Assembly: GCA_964016885.1 (NCBI GenBank)
Contig: OZ024740.1
Location: 102,548,001-102,612,000, forward strand
Direction: 5' to 3'
Source: Eledone cirrhosa
Lineage: Eukaryota
Length of the DNA stretch: 64,000 bases
The notes under the pieces are model-generated. The model did not search any database. It had not been told where the DNA came from and saw nothing but the letters and a program-made list of their open reading frames with translations. Below, one piece after another: positions 1 to 17,370 of this stretch (positions are counted from its first letter, which is position 1; every line of letters begins with the position of its first letter). Made by a program: the position numbers and the translations under genes.

Positions 1-54
1 TAACATATTACCAAAAATATTTGTGGCTGATATTTTAAAACATTTCTTTTGCTT

Positions 55-270
55 TTCGACCCATGCCTTTTGTGTGAAATTCAGTAGATGGAAAATACTT
101 AGAAGTTTATCAGATGGACTATATCTGTAATATAAAGGGTCAGCTTTCTTCCTGAGAATTCTGTTAAGAGTACACCTCTGTGAAATGCTCAACCACTTAC
201 ATGTTAATTTCATGAGCAGGCCATTCCATTGATCAAACAACTGGAACACTCATCATCGAAACCAACAGGT
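55..270 (+). mobile_element. Degenerate SINE 3' portion
   Basis: Shares blocks (gtagatg-aaa, atggact-tat-tgtaat, cacttaca-gttaatttcatgag, aaacaactggaacactcat) with the tRNA-headed SINE at 54175-54525. Confidence 0.5.
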
Positions 271-1231
271 CCAGCAACTAAGTTTCTTTTGCTGTTTCAT
301 TTTGTTTTTAGGGCATATAATGCCTGCCCTCTATTAATTGTTGCTTAACCCCCACCCCATCTTTCCCCAGTCGAGTCTGATAAAGGAGACCATTATCAGA
401 CTCGTCTGATAAAGGAACTTAAAGATATTCCAACCATGAGTATCATAGAGGACTGTAATTAACTGATATGTGCTTCCTCTTTTTAGGACAGTAGATTGTT
501 ATTAGAGGGAGATTTTGTTGCTATTTTTAGCAAGTTTAGTGACCTCATAGAGACTTTTTAGTTGTTAATGTTTAAATGTGCTGAAAGGATTCTTTCATTT
601 AACTATTTACCAAAGATTGAAATGATTATTTATTTCTTTTTATAGAAATTATAATGACCTTTTATCTAAACTCAGCAAACTTGAATTTTAAACCAGCGAA
701 AGATTTAATGTTCTATGATATGTCAGTGGTTCATATACACTTGAGTTGTATGGATTTGCAAATTTAGGTATATTTTTTAACTGTTTAAGTTATTGAACAG
801 CTGCCATGCTGGAGCACTGCTCTTCCAGGTGATAGTCAATTACATCTACTCCAATACATATTTTACCTCGCCTTACCTCAAGTCGTTGGGGCATGTCTTG
901 AGCATTTATTTAACTTTAGTTCATATCAACTATAAAAGACCAAATGGAACTGGGTAGGTTTTAACTCTTAAAACTACATTAATAAGGCATTCTTGAAAAG
1001 TAAAAAAACAGCATTATGACTGCATCACATTAAAAATTGTCTTTATTTTATAAATTTCTACAACAATCTGTCCACTGAATTAACAAACCTATATATATAT
1101 ATATTGTTTTTTTTTCCCTGCTTTTACATTTTCTGCTAAGTCATTACAGGATGTTGAAAGTATTATGTCTTAGATATTCATATGAGATCTTTGAAGAGGT
1201 ATTCACTATAAGCTATTATAAAGTCTCTTAA

Positions 1232-1451
1232 CCCTTTAATGTTCAAACCGGCCAAAGCCGGCCAGAATTCTCTACCTCTTTCTGTTGAAACTGGCTGTAA
1301 CTGGTCACTCAAACTGATGTTAAGGTATTGTTCTCAAAATAAATACTTTCAAAATCTCATAGATTCGATATTATGTGAGATAATTATACGAGGTAAAGCC
1401 TTTACCATGAAAATATAATAGTATATCTAGAGTAATGTGAATGCTAAAGGG
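1232..1451. mobile_element. piggyBac-like MITE (220 bp)
   Basis: TTAA at 1228-1231 and 1452-1455; ends CCCTTTAatgTTCA ... TGAAtgcTAAAGGG form imperfect TIRs starting CCC. Confidence 0.6.
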
Positions 1452-1584
1452 TTAATGTAATTGAAGTAAAAAATAATAATATACCTAACTCAAAAGACCA
1501 GTTTCAATCCATTGCTACTTGACCACTCAAATGCTATATTTCCAATAAATATAAGTACCCAGTCCAACTTGTCAGTTGGTAGTT

Positions 1585-1775
1585 TTAGTGCCATGATAAA
1601 AAGCACCTAATATACACAGTAATGTGTTTGGAAATAGGAAGGGCATCCAGCTGTAGAAACCAGGCCAGAAACAGTTCTGTATGAGCAAGATACAGTCATT
1701 TGATCTGACTTGTCTCACAATGGAATAAATCTAATTCATGCTAGCATGAAAAATGGACATTAAACAGTGATGATA
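1585..1775 (+). mobile_element. RTE-tail / SINE 3' fragment
   Basis: aggaagggcatccagctgtagaaa ... catgctagcatg ... ggacattaaa ... gatgat, the same tail as the RTE copies at 47-63 kb. Confidence 0.65.
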
Positions 1776-2724
1776 AGTACCTATAAAATTGGAAATGATT
1801 AAAAGAAAAACACCTGTCACAAGACTAGAAATACACCAAGCTTGTGCTTATACTGGAATCATTATCAATAACCAACAGAAGATGCTAGTCTGTCACAAGG
1901 TTAGCCGCCATGGTACCATGTTACTCATTTTTTTACTTGAGCATAAAAATGAAGTTTCCTGCTTGCCCAATGACAAAGCGCACCACCTGGTTCAGGTTTT
2001 GAACCCAATACCCTAACCACTACACTACATGCCATCACTTCCTAATAATTGAAAATAACGAGTTAATGTATTCATTATATATGTTAAATTGAATTCACCC
2101 AGTATAAATCTTATTGAGGTCCACTTTGCCTTTCATCCTTTTGGAAGGATATTAAAGTAATGTACTGGTCCATGGTGGTGGGTTAACAGAATTATTAGAG
2201 CACCGAACAGGATGCATGGTGGTTTCTGTTCTGGCACTTAGTATTCAGAACTAAAATTTCGCTTATGGGTTCAAATTCCCTCAATGGCCAGGGCTAATCA
2301 CCTGACCTTGGGTCCAGAAGTGATTATGAAAGCTGCAATGGATGGAAGAGGATTGTGGCTGTTTGCTTCTGCAGTTAAACGATGATGACACCCAATAAAT
2401 TTTGCTTTTCTTCCTCTTTTGAGCCCAATAAAGTAAGGAGTAGACAAAGCAATGGGGATTAATCAAATAAAACCCTTTGTGGTGTCCAAGCGTGGCTGCA
2501 GTCAAATGATTAAACCAGTGAAGGTATAAAAGAGTATGTCACCTTTTCTGTCTCCATGCTGGCTTTCTAGAGTAGAAGTGCAACAAGAAGAACAATAAAT
2601 AACAGATTATGTTATACCTTGTAGGTTAGGTGATGTATTAAATACTTATCCAACCCATGTTAACATATAGAAAAATAAATATTAAAATAGTATTATTTAT
2701 CAATGTTTAAATATATATTTATAT

Positions 2725-2735
2725 TTATATGTATG

Positions 2736-2796
<61 letters not shown>

Positions 2797-3265
2797 ATGT
2801 ATGTATGTATGTATGTATATGTATGTATGTATATATGTATATGTATGTATGTATGTATATATGTATATGTATGTATGTATATGTATGTGTATGTATATAT
2901 ATGTATATGTATGTGTATGTATATGTATGTGTATGTATATATGTATATATATGTGTATGTATATATATATATATGTATATATATGTGTATGTATATATAT
3001 ATATATGTATATATATGTGTATGTATATATATATATATGTATATATATGTGTATGTATATATATATATATGTATATATATGTGTATGTGTATGTATATAT
3101 ATATATATGTATATATATGTGTATGTGTATGTATATATATATATATGTATATATATGTGTATGTATATATATATATATGTATATGTATATATATATATGT
3201 ATGTATGTATATATGTATGTATATTATGTATGTATATATATATGTATGTATATATGTATGTATAC
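2725..3265. repeat. Compound (TA)n/(TATG)n/(TG) microsatellite
   Basis: Directly visible. Confidence 0.97.
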
Positions 3266-3955
3266 ATGTCGAGATTTTGGAAAGCTCTATGTGTGACAGT
3301 ATAGAAGCTCTTGTGCTTAAGCAACGATTCCATTGGAGTGGTCACCTTGCCAGGATGAAGGATTCTAGAATACCAAAACAACTCTTTTATGGAGAGTTGG
3401 TTAAAGGAAAACGACCGCCATATAAACCAAAAAAGAGGTATAAGGATTCCTTGAAAGCCTCTCTGAAAGACGCTGACATCTCTGCTGATACATGGGAGAA
3501 TATTGTTGCTGATCGTAATAAATGGAGAAAGACTGTATATGAGGGAAAAGTTGCCTTTGAGGCATCTCGAATCGCATACGAGAAAGTAAAGCGGGATGTG
3601 AGGAAGGGCATTGCTGTTGCACTTAGGACGGCGAGGGTCCTCCTATGTTGCTGACATGCAGCGTATGTACGAGACTCTGCCTAAGCAAAGCTGGACTCGA
3701 AAGTCATCTTCGCAGTCATAAAGTAAGACCAGTGGTTGACTACCAGGCTGCTGTTGGAGATGCTACTCATCATGCTTGCCAAACATGTGGTAGGGAATGT
3801 AAATCAGCAAGAGGGCTCAAGCAACATGCAAAATTACACAAACTCCAACCACAGCCGACTATTCCCAGTGAATGTTTTGGTTGCCAACTCTGTGCAAGAC
3901 ATTTTAGATCATTGGCTGGGCTAAAAAGCCACATTCGATCGCAGCGCTGTTAGTT
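3262..3955 (+). pseudogene. RTE-clade LINE 3' fragment: post-RT domain plus three C-terminal zinc fingers, one frameshift near 3645
   Basis: [25 protein letters not shown]...KRYKDSLK...DRNKWR is the RTE C-terminal signature; the next frame gives CSVC..HLRSH, CQTC..HAKLH, CQLC..HIRSQRC. Confidence 0.85.
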
Positions 3956-4124
3956 GCTATCGTGTGTGTGTGTGTGTGTGGATATGCTTATGTGTGTGTA
4001 TATATGTATATGTATATTATTATTGTTGTTGTCATTATTATTGTTGTTATGATGATTATTATTATTATTGTTATTAATGTATGTGTGTGTATATGTGTAT
4101 GTATATGTATATATTATCATTTCA

Positions 4125-4452
4125 TTTTCATCATTTCATTTTACGTCCGCTTTTTCCCTGCTTGCAAGGGTGGGACGGGAACTGATTCTGGCTTGATTTC
4201 TACAGCTGGATGCCCTTCCTAACACCAACCTCATTTACAGTGAGTGTTGGGTGCTTTTTTGCCGTGGCACCTCCACGACCACTTTACAGTGGAATGATAG
4301 GGACCCCAGTCCCTATCATCTCATTTCTACAGCTGAGTAAACTGGAGCAATGTGAAATAAAGTGTCTTCCTCAAGGAAACAACACATCACCCGGTCTGAG
4401 AATTGAACTTACAACCTTTCGATTGCAAGGCCAATGCTCTAACCACTAAGCC
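4125..4452 (-). mobile_element. tRNA-derived SINE with RTE-derived tail
   Basis: Minus strand: A box TGGCTTAGTGG, B box GTTCAATTC, CORE-like ccttgag-aagacacttt, tail ggtgttaggaagggcatccagctgtagaaa ending in gat-type repeats; near-identical to 18082-18417. Confidence 0.85.
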
Positions 4453-4483
4453 ATATATATATCTTTTTTATTTATTTATTTTT

Positions 4484-4516
<33 letters not shown>

Positions 4517-4581
4517 TATTTTATTTTTTTTCTTTCTCCTCGTGCAATGGCCATACTCGATAACGAGGGGGCAGCCATCAT

Positions 4582-5802
<1,221 letters not shown>

Positions 5803-6374
5803 AAAAACAGGGGGGAAGAAAAAAATGGCTTCACTTGTGCTTTCAACAAATTTATTTTCTTCACAAAATCCAAAAATAATTTTTTTCCGGATTAGAAAAA
5901 ATTTTTTTAAAGTTTTTTTTATAAATTAAGTCGTTGGTTGTTGGTTAGGTCTTAGGAGTTCTTGGTTAACGTAGGATGTATTGTTTCGTTTTTAGAAAGA
6001 CCTTTCACGCTGAGGTGCGCTTGTCAAACTGATGTGTATGTGGTGTGTTCTATATATAGGGATTTAACATGTCTGTGGTGCGGTGGGGTTTTTTTTTTCC
6101 TCCCCCTTTAATAAGTGTAGGGGTGTAGGTGTGTTGAAAAAATGTTAATAGCAGTAATGAGTTGAGACAGTGAGTAGGGTTGGGTGGGGAGAAATGTAGC
6201 AAGCGCGGCCTGCCTCGGTCATTCTCGAAAAATTCCTTTATTCAGGGGAAAAAGCTTTTAGTATTCCTTTGTATCGAGAATGGTCATCGGCAAACCGCAC
6301 CTGCCAAGCTTGTAAACAATTATTTTTTTCTGAAGAATTTTTTTTACGTCCATCCCAAAATTAGTCCTTTGTTC

Positions 6375-6742
6375 AACACACACATATGTGCGTATACACG
6401 TACATACACACACGGGCATATGTAGGAATATATAGGCACACACCATCAATCACACACCCATGTACATATACATCCACATACATACATAAAAACATATAAA
6501 GACACATATACACATACGTACAGACATGAATATGTACTCATACCTCCACATGGGTATATATATACATACATATACATATATATACACACATAAAGATACA
6601 AAACTAAATATACATATATACAGATACACACACACACACATATACATGTCCGTATATATACATCCGTTCACACATACATGCATACACACACATATATATA
6701 TATATATATATAGAGGCATACACACACACATACACACATATA

Positions 6743-6776
<34 letters not shown>

Positions 6777-6805
6777 AACACATACAGACACATACACACA
6801 TATAC

Positions 6806-6846
<41 letters not shown>

Positions 6847-6964
6847 TACATACATACATATACACATACATATACGTACACACATATATACATATATGCA
6901 CATACATACACACACACACATATAGATACATACATATACATACACACACATATAAACGTATATC

Positions 6965-7004
<40 letters not shown>

Positions 7005-7190
7005 CAAATATACACATACATACATATACATATATATATATATATACATACACACATATATATATATATATATACACACACATACATACATACACACATC
7101 CATACATATATATACATACACATACACACACCCACATACATATATACCCACACGTACATACATCCATACATACCTACACATATATGCGTG
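6375..7190. repeat. Degenerate (CA)/(TACA)/(TA) microsatellite
   Basis: Directly visible; opposite strand polarity to neighbouring TATG arrays. Confidence 0.9.
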
Positions 7191-7284
7191 TGTCTCACCG
7201 TTCACTCAGATATTCATGTGTACACATAAGAAGATGGGGGGGGGGGGGGTTAGTGAAATAGAATTTTACCTCCGAGTGTTAATT

Positions 7285-7285
7285 C

Positions 7286-7336
<51 letters not shown>

Positions 7337-7709
7337 ATATATATATATGTATATATATGTATATATGTATATATATGTATATATGTATATATGTATATAT
7401 ATGTATATATATATATATGTATGTGTATGTATGTATGTATGTATATGTATGTATGTATATATATATGTATGTATGTATGTATATATATATGTATGTATGT
7501 ATATATATATGTATGTATGTATATATATATGTATGTATGTATATATATGTATGTATGTATGTATATATATGTATATATATATGTGTATATATATGTATGT
7601 ATGTATGTATATATATGTATGTATGTATATATATGTATGTATGTATATATATATATATATGTATGTATGTATATATATATATGTATGTATATATATATAT
7701 ATATGCATG

Positions 7710-7756
<47 letters not shown>

Positions 7757-8086
7757 TTATATATGCATGTATATATATGCATGTATATATATGTATGTAT
7801 ATATATGTATGCATGTATATATATGTATATATATATATGCATGTATATATATGTATATATATATATATATGCATGTATATATATATATATATGCATGTAT
7901 ATATATGTATATATATATATATATGCATGTATATATATGTATATATATATTATGTATATGTATATATGTATGTATATATATATGTATATATATATATATT
8001 TATGTATATGTATATATGTATGTATATATATATGTATGTATATATATATATATGAATATATCTATGTATATATATGTATGTATGTA
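7285..8086. repeat. (TA)n/(TATG)n microsatellite
   Basis: Directly visible. Confidence 0.97.
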
Positions 8087-8658
8087 TCCCAGTACAACCT
8101 GTCCCATGGTCGGGTCGTTGGCGACTAAACCACCAACCCCGCCAAGGTTTCTTGGTGAGGAGGGTGACTTTGGACATCCTGCAGGACTAAAAACAAAACC
8201 TGTCAAAGGGCAAAGGAGCTCTTAAGAGTCAATGGTCATCCAAAATCACCGGGAGAGATGACCCCTTAGCCTTTGTCAAGGCAGAATTCTAGGAGAAGGA
8301 AAACTCTGATATAACACCTGCAACCCTGATAGTATCCAATGATGTTGACTTGTTCTTCTTTTGGTAAATATCATCTTGGTTAAGAGAGTGGGACTGGCTT
8401 TGTTCAGTGCCTTTGCTCACTATAAAAGCTTCACGGCACAGGCATTGCTTTGTATCTGGAGATCTCTCTGCACTTGTCGTCACATGGTACCATGGACCCA
8501 GCACTATGTGTCAATAATTGTCACAAGTGTAGTGTTTGTAGCAGAGTTTTCAAGTCGCAGGCTGGACTAAAAAGTCACACTCGTTCAGCGCATCGGTAGG
8601 GGTTCTCCTACATGAATATAAAGTAGTGGCCGTACTCGAAAACGAGTTGGCAGCCACC
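8087..8658 (+). mobile_element. Non-autonomous bipartite RTE-derived retroposon (5' UTR-like part plus zinc-finger-coding 3' end)
   Basis: CTAGGAGAAGGAAAACTCTGAT RTE 5' UTR-type motif; 3' part reads [23 protein letters not shown]; ends in a stem-loop then microsatellite; shorter copies at 43342, 46290, 48922. Confidence 0.7.
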
Positions 8659-10687
<2,029 letters not shown>

Positions 10688-11468
10688 ACTTTGAATAACT
10701 TTGAAATGTTTTGGCCAGTATTGGCCCAGGCCATGTCTAACTTAATAGCACCACCTGGCGAAGTCTTTCAATTCAGGATTTGGGCACCATGGCCCATTCG
10801 AGAAGAGAATTACTGTTTGCGGAGACATATCCGGGTGTGGGTGGTTTGTCCGGGATTACTTGGAGGAATTTGTCCAAAGACTTCTTGAATTTTGAGTGGT
10901 CAGTTTCTGTTTTGACGTGTCCTGGTGTGATGTTGAAGAGAGCAGGGCCGATTGAGGTGAAATAATTGTGCCGTATTGTTGTTATGAGTTGCGATTTAGA
11001 TTTTTGAATGGGACGGATAGCACGGGGCCCAAGCCTTGGGTGTATCTTGAAGGCGATGCCAACATCATTTGGGCAGTGATGATGGAACATTTTCCACATC
11101 ATGCAGATAATATAACGCTCACGGCGACGTTGGAGTGAGTAAAGTTTCAGGTTTTCCAATCGACCCCAGTAGTCAAGGTCTGACATGCCATCTATCTTTT
11201 TCGTGATTGCCCTTTGAGGAGCTTCAAGTTTCATGATACTTTGTTTCGTGTGGGGAGACCACAGTGGACAACAGTATTCAAGGTGTGGTCGGGCGAAAGT
11301 AGAGAAGAGAAGGATAATGGTGCGGGAATCTCTCGACTGGAAGGTTCTGAGGATCCAGGAACACATTCTGCGGGCCATGTCAACTTTGCTGCTTATATGC
11401 GTGGTCCAGCTTATGTTGCTGTCCACGGTTACTCCCAAGTCTCTGATGTTGTTAGATGCCACGAGAGT
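10688..11468 (-). mobile_element. CR1-clade LINE 3' fragment (second family), open reading to stop at 10773
   Basis: [15 protein letters not shown]...[14 protein letters not shown]...PQRAITKKI...[19 protein letters not shown]; tail ttcaaagtta x2; inserted in (TA)n. Confidence 0.85.
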
Positions 11469-11473
11469 TATAT

Positions 11474-11550
<77 letters not shown>

Positions 11551-11676
11551 TATGTATGTATATATATATGTATGTATATATATATGTATGTATATATATA
11601 TATGTATATATATATATGTATGTATATATATATGTATGTATATATATATATATATGTATGTATATATATATGTATG

Positions 11677-11733
<57 letters not shown>

Positions 11734-11758
11734 GTATGTATGTATATATATATGTATG

Positions 11759-11789
<31 letters not shown>

Positions 11790-12163
11790 GTATGTATATA
11801 TATATGTATATATATATATATATGTATGTATATATATATGTATATATATATATATATATATGTATGTATATATATATATGTATGTATATGTATGTATGTA
11901 TGTATGTATATATGTATGTATATATATATATGTATGTATATGTATGTATGTATGTATGTATATATGTATGTATGTATATGTATATGTATGTATGTATATA
12001 TGTATGTATATGTATATATATATATATGTATGTATATATGTATGTATATGTATATATATATATATGTATGTATGTATATGTATGTATGTATATATATATA
12101 TATATATGTATATATACTTGTATGTATGTATATGTGTGTATATATACATACATATACATATAT
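11469..12163. repeat. (TA)n/(TATG)n microsatellite
   Basis: Directly visible. Confidence 0.97.
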
Positions 12164-12164
12164 A

Positions 12165-12420
12165 CTCCTCTTCCAGTTTGTCCATGTAGGGGCTCCGACA
12201 GGAGCACTGCTTTGCAATGTCAACTCTGGATGTCAGTGAGCATGTCCAGCTAACCTCAGTCCGAGTGAGTTTCTTGGTCAGTGTCCAAGTCTCAGACCCG
12301 TACAGCAGCACAGACTCCACTACAGCAATGAAGAGGCAGATTTTCAGGTCTTTACGAAGGTCCGACTTCCACACCGATCTCAAGCTGTGGCAAATTCAGC
12401 ATCTGATATCTTTTTCGCCT
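12165..12420 (-). pseudogene. RTE-like LINE internal fragment with internal deletion
   Basis: [34 protein letters not shown], then [14 protein letters not shown] in another frame. Confidence 0.7.
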
Positions 12421-12669
12421 TAATTCTCCGGCTCTGAGCCGGTGCTACAGTAAAGCCAGAGTCCTGGTGTTTCTCCGGTTAAAGGCACATACAATAGTCC
12501 ACTACGGTGATAAAAAGGTAGGGAGCCAAGGTTAACGTATGTTGATGCCCTACACTGGTCTGTTGGAGACGCATGAGATGGCAGCGATAATGAGGGACAG
12601 AGACCGTTGGAGAGAACTCATCCATGGATCTCGGGTATTTTAGCCGCCCTAGAAAGCCCTAGAATACAT

Positions 12670-12873
12670 ATATATAAAGAAGTGCCAAGAAATCCCAGTA
12701 GAAGGAAGACGCAGTAGAGGTAGACCACAAAAAACATGGGCGGAGGTGGTGAGAGCAGACCTCAGATCACTGAAACTCACCGAGGAGATGATGAAGGACC
12801 GTGACAAATGGAGAGATGCTGTGCTGAATAGGACCTGTCCAACCCTTGCAAGCAGGGAAATGATGATGATGAT
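12670..12873 (+). pseudogene. RTE LINE extreme 3' fragment
   Basis: VEGRRSRGRPQKTWAEVVRADL...DRDKWR followed by cccttgcaagcagggaaa(tga)n tail. Confidence 0.75.
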
Positions 12874-12944
12874 TTGTATATATATATGTGTGTATAGATA
12901 TATATATGTGTATATATATGTGTGTGTATATATGTGTATATATA

Positions 12945-13831
<887 letters not shown>

Positions 13832-13857
13832 TATATGTGTGTATATATATGTGTATA

Positions 13858-13918
<61 letters not shown>

Positions 13919-14094
13919 ATATGCATATATATATGTGTGTGTGTTATCGTTTAGCGTCCATCTATACCAGCATGGGTTGGACAGTTTTGTTCCACTCAAG
14001 GCGAGATTGGTCGGGAGACCATGTTCCACTTGTACAAAACTATGTATATATATTGTTATGCTTTGGGAGGGTCATGTTGCCAATAAGAAACACA

Positions 14095-14918
14095 TGCACC
14101 AGTTGCTTTCACTTCAATTTATTATAAATTTAGGAATTTATAAATTTCCGGTTGGTTGGTTGGTTCCACAACCAGACGATTGTTCATATATTGTCAAAGT
14201 TCTTTTGTCACATATTCTGTGACCTCTTCAGTGACTGGGGATTCTTTTCTTTGTTTTTGTATGTGTTGTGTGCTTAGTTTGCTCATGTGTTACATCCGGG
14301 TGTCTGTGTGTGTTTATATTTGTTATTTACATGTTATTGGTTGGTTGTTTGTTCTACGTGTGTGTGTGTTTTCATTTTGTCCTTAATTGTAAGTTGTGAT
14401 GTTGCTGTTCCATTCATGTTTTCTATTTAATTTTGGTTGGAGTTCATTTATGTTTATTGCTTCTGTGATTTGTCTAAACATTGCGTCTTTTCTGTGTGTA
14501 GATTCTATTTTTATTTCTATGTTCTCTAATTTACCCTCATGTTCTATTTTAACATATTGGTGGAGTACAGATGATTCTTTATTATCTTGAAGCTCTCGCT
14601 AGTGTTCATTTATCCGTTCCCCTATACTACGAGCTGTCTCACCTATGTACACTATATTCTTATCTCTACATTGTCCTTCAGTACATCTTATGCTATATAC
14701 TACATTTCTAGTTTTACAGTTAATATGGGGGCTTAGTTTACAGATTATACATTTCTTATCTATACAGGGAGGTCTTTGAAAAGGGTATGTATTGCTAATA
14801 AGTGTTTTTATGGAGGTACCTGGTCTTATTGGCAACATGACCCTCCTAAAGCATAACAATATCGGTTTCAACACACATTCTCAGATAAAGAATCTTGCTA
14901 AACAAATTCAGAAACGAA

Positions 14919-14920
<2 letters not shown>
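14095..14920 (-). mobile_element. Penelope-like element 3' part: GIY-YIG endonuclease (one in-frame stop at 14599-14601) and 3' UTR; Neptune-like
   Basis: CIDKKCIIC...CKTRNVVYSIRC..C..YIGETARSIGERINEH*...HQYVKIEH...RQITEAINI...LNRKHEW, final stop near 14383. Confidence 0.85.
14193..14235 (-). ncRNA. Minimal hammerhead ribozyme remnant (GAAA mutated to AAAA)
   Basis: GTCA-CTGAAGA-G-GTCACA/gaata/TGTGAC-aAAA-GAAC-T-T-TGAC; the paralog at 20483-20502 keeps GAAAGAGCTT. Confidence 0.65.
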
Positions 14921-14965
<45 letters not shown>

Positions 14966-16254
14966 ACTTATATAAGTCCTACTAAATTTTAAATATATAA
15001 AAAACATTTATCAATTGATACAACTGATGTGGTTGATCTAAATATATGAATAATAGAATGCATGTGAAATACTCATGAATGGTTTGTAATTTAAGCAGTT
15101 GTATTATAATTCTTAATGTGTGCCTAGGAGATAATTACCAAACAGTAATTAATAAAATCATTTTCTTATCTAATTAACATTAAAATATTTTTATTCATTA
15201 TTTCTATTCCATTTTTTACTCCAAAAGAGAGCCCCTTGCACAGCATGGCAAGGTGTTATATATTTAAATAAACAAATGCATCTTGTTTCATATTCATCAT
15301 TTTTTTTTTATTTAAATAATCCAACTTTTGGTTTGCCAATAAGTGTATTATTTAATACAAAATTGTTATATTACCATATTCCAACATACTTTATTTGTAT
15401 TTTTTTTTTACTTCAAATAACTTTCAGTTATTAAAAAAAAAGTAATATTTTATATTTAACCATTGTATTTAATCTCTTTTTTTTTTTTGTATTCTTTTAT
15501 TCTTTTATTGGTTTCAGTCATTGGACTGTGGCCATACTTGGACACTACCTTCAAAGGATTTAGTTGTTCATATAAATCCTAGTATTGATTTTCAATTCTG
15601 GTACTTTTATGTTTATTGAATTGCTATGTTACCTTTTTTTTTTTTTGTTTTTTTTTCTTTTTTTTTTGCACTGATTAAACAGACACAAATACATGCATAT
15701 ATGTGGATGAATTAGGTGTTTTGCTTCAGCAAAACTTGAGTAGCAGTCAACAAAGGTGCATATATATATTAAGAAAGAGAAATTAAAGTTTCAGTTTAAC
15801 ATATTTTATTCATAATCACGTGTAGCACATTTCACAAATGAACCACTCGGGGCCTTAATTGATTACATTCTGCTTAGAATCTGGGATTAATTTGCTCATT
15901 AGAGACAGTGGAGATCAGAATCCAAATATCTTGATCTCTGTTTAGACTTGCCTATATGTAGGATTTTGACTATATCCAGAAGTCATGTTATGATTTGGTG
16001 GGATTTAGTGAGTAAGGTTGCCTCCATACTCTGATGAAGTTGAACAGGTGTAAAGATGAAAGTGGAGATCATAATGAAAAGAAAAAATACAATACAGTAA
16101 AATAAAGAATAAGGTTAGGGGGACACCCAGAGCTGGGGGTGTACAAACGAACATACAATAATATAAGATAAAAAAAACAAATAAAAAAATAAATAAATAT
16201 ATAAAAAAGTGAAAAGTGTCACAACAAAGAGCACCCAGCCCAAACTGTAATGTG

Positions 16255-16456
16255 GTCATATAGGTGTCATGACAAAAAGTGCCCAGTCCACACTAAATGT
16301 GGTTGGTGTTAGGAAGGGCATCCAGCCATAGAAACCAAGCCAAAACCAGTTCTGTATGAGCAAGACACGGTCATTGGACCTGGCTTGTTTCACAATGCGA
16401 CAGCTCGTCTAACCCATGCTAGTGTGGAAAATGGACTTTAAATGATGATGATGATG
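16255..16456 (+). mobile_element. RTE-tail / SINE 3' fragment
   Basis: ggtgttaggaagggcatccagc...aacccatgctag...(gat)n. Confidence 0.75.
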
Positions 16457-16464
16457 TAAGAATA

Positions 16465-17370
16465 TTAGCACCTTGCATTACCATTATGAACCACAAGCCT
16501 AAATTTGAAAGCAAGCTCCCAGTAAGACTGATAGCCCTCTACACTCAGACCTAGATAGGGTTAGCAAAGCTATTATCAACAGGATTTGGGCTGAACTTTG
16601 AATAAAACTTAATTTTAGTTCATGTTCATGTATTAAGGTTATCAACTGATTCTGTAGGTTAGATAGGAGGCATAATGGCAACTTCATTTGGGTGGATATA
16701 TCCAATTATTATGCAGCCATTTCTCCTGTCCTAATGAATAAGAGAAACTCTAGCTTACCCATTAGCAAAATAGATATTATTAAAATTTATAGGAAGGCAT
16801 TGATAGAATTCAAGGGCAAACTGGGAGTAAAAGGACTGACCAGATAGCTATAACACTATGATGGGGTCAAGTGACTCCATGTAAGTCACTGGCATTACAG
16901 AGATTTACATCCTACACAATGTCTGACATGAATTTCTGGGAAAGGAGGTGAATTGTTCTGAGACAACACCCATTTTACTGTCTACAATAACAGTGCTAAC
17001 CAATTAGAAAGAAAGCATTAAAAAACTTAGACGTTTCTTTAAGAACCTTGGATTGGACGTAAAATTTGAGCTGAGCACATGCACGGCTAATTTTTTAAAT
17101 GTGACATTGAAGCTAAGTACAGGATTATATCGCCCATTGCATAAACCCAATGAAAATTTACAATATGTTAATAGATATTCAAACTACCCCAAAACAATAC
17201 TTAACTCAATCATTAAAGAGGTATACCAACAGAGTATGCACAACATCAGCAGATTCCAAGATCTTTAATCAACATACTGAATACTGCAACAAGGGCAGGA
17301 TATAAAGAAAATATCGAAACTTCTACCAAAACCCATAAGATTGAAAATCCAAGCAATAAGGTGATGGTGA
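16465..17370 (+). pseudogene. Highly decayed Penelope-like RT fragment (Naiad-like)
   Basis: CITIMNHKPKFESKLPVRLIA..SDLDRVSKAII near 16475 and ANFLNVTLKLSTGLYRPLHKPNENLQYVNRYSNYP at 17085-17190 resemble PLE RT/thumb motifs. Confidence 0.6.

Noticed and set aside
646-767. AG...GT bounded 40-codon open stretch
   Set aside because: Frame ends in TAG at the donor and has no recognisable homology
10773-12383. 536 aa ORF fusing RTE and CR1 segments
   Set aside because: Chance in-frame bridge across a microsatellite between two unrelated fragments
16022-16070. CTGATGA...GAAA motif
   Set aside because: No stem II, no closing stem I and no palindromic stem III
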